The notes under the pieces: generated by a model | The model's input: the letters and a program-made list of their open reading frames with translations, nothing else | What the model was told of the DNA's origin: nothing | Database searches by the model: none | In this document: positions 63,141-64,000 of the stretch, one piece after another | How the letters are laid out: each line of letters begins with the position of its first letter | How positions within the stretch are numbered: position 1 is the first letter of the stretch | Origin: Chiloscyllium plagiosum | Lineage: Eukaryota | Reading direction: 5' to 3' | DNA: 64,000 bases | NCBI RefSeq assembly: GCF_004010195.1 | Contig: NC_057718.1 | Span: forward strand, 76,641,316 to 76,705,315 | Position numbers and translations under genes: made by a program

Positions 63141-64000
63141 CCTGGGAGGGTTTGATAAGGGACAGTGTAGAGAGAGCTCTACTCTGTATCTGACCCTGTC
63201 CTGGGAGGGTTTGATGGGGACAGGGTAGAGAGAGCTTTACTCTGTATCTGATCCTGTCCTGGGAGGGTTTGATAAGGGACAGTGTAGAGAGAGCTCTACT
63301 CTGTATCTGACCCTGCCCTGGGAGTGTTTGATGGGGACAGGGTAGAGAGAGCTTTACTCTGTATCTGATCCTGTCCCTGGGAATGTTTGGTGGGGACAGT
63401 GTAGAGAGAGCTTTACTCTGTATCTGACCCTGTCCTGGGAGAGTTTAATGGAAACTGTGTAGAGGGAGCTTTACTCTGTATCTGATCCTGTCCTGGGAGT
63501 GTTTGATGGGGACAGTGTAGAGAGAGCTTTACTCTGTATCTGACCCTGTCCTGGGAGAGTTTGATGGAAACTGTGTAGAGAGAGCTTTACTCTGTATCTG
63601 ACCCTGTCCTGGGAGTGTTTGGTGGGGACAGTGTAGGGAGAGCTCTACTCTGAATCTGACCCTGTCCTGGGAGTGTTTGGTGGGGACAGTGTAGAGAGAG
63701 CTTTACTCTGTATCTGACCCTGTCCTGGGAGAGTTTGATGGAAACTGTGTAGAGAGAGCTTTACTCTGTATCTGACCCTGTCCTGGGAGTGTTTGGTGGG
63801 GACAGTGTAGGGAGAGCTCTACTCTGAATCTGACCCTGTCCTGGGAGTGTTTGGTGGGGACAGTGTAGAGAGAGCTTTACTCTGTATCTGACCCTGTCCT
63901 GGGAGTGTTTGGTGGGGACAGTGTAGAGAGAGCTTTACTCTGTATCTGACCCTGCCCTGGGAGTGTTTGGTGGGGACAGTGTAGAGAGAGCTTTACTCTG
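63141..64000. repeat. 58-bp minisatellite (CTGGGAGTGTTTGGTGGGGACAGTGTAGAGAGAGCTTTACTCTGTATCTGACCCTGTC), runs off the window
   Basis: Units start at 63841 and 63899. About 15 copies are visible. Confidence 0.95.

Noticed and set aside
53315..64000. CRISPR-like arrays
   Set aside because: Units are head-to-tail with no unique spacers, there are no cas genes, and the context is eukaryotic.

Overview
Eukaryotic vertebrate genomic DNA, very probably a cartilaginous fish (shark), judged from the HE1/V-SINE-like, DeuSINE-like and CR1-rich repeat content. Two host genes are partly present, both on the + strand. (1) The 3' end of a FILIP1-type gene: a 2,791-nt coiled-coil exon at 15245-18035 splices in phase 0 to a terminal exon at 30294-30500, followed by a 3' UTR. 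(2) Three internal exons of an equilibrative nucleoside transporter, SLC29A1/ENT1-like, to the right of a 500-N scaffold gap (52650-53149). The rest is mostly decayed retroelements (CR1, RTE, L2, Rex1-like, SINEs, Penelope-like elements), a Harbinger fossil and four large minisatellites in the SLC29A1 introns. The most interesting signal is a set of at least three sequence-distinct families of short Penelope-type terminal repeats. Each carries a minimal hammerhead-ribozyme motif (CUGANGA-N-stem II-GAAA-palindrome) with covarying stems. They occur as inverted or tandem cassettes with 8-14 bp target-site duplications, and are the innermost (youngest) layer of every nest in which they occur. A second highlight is a 2-kb CpG-rich minisatellite apparently amplified from the SGVPQGSV reverse-transcriptase motif of the adjacent CR1 element. 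Repeat boundaries are approximate. Family names and comparisons to human proteins come from recall, not from database searches.
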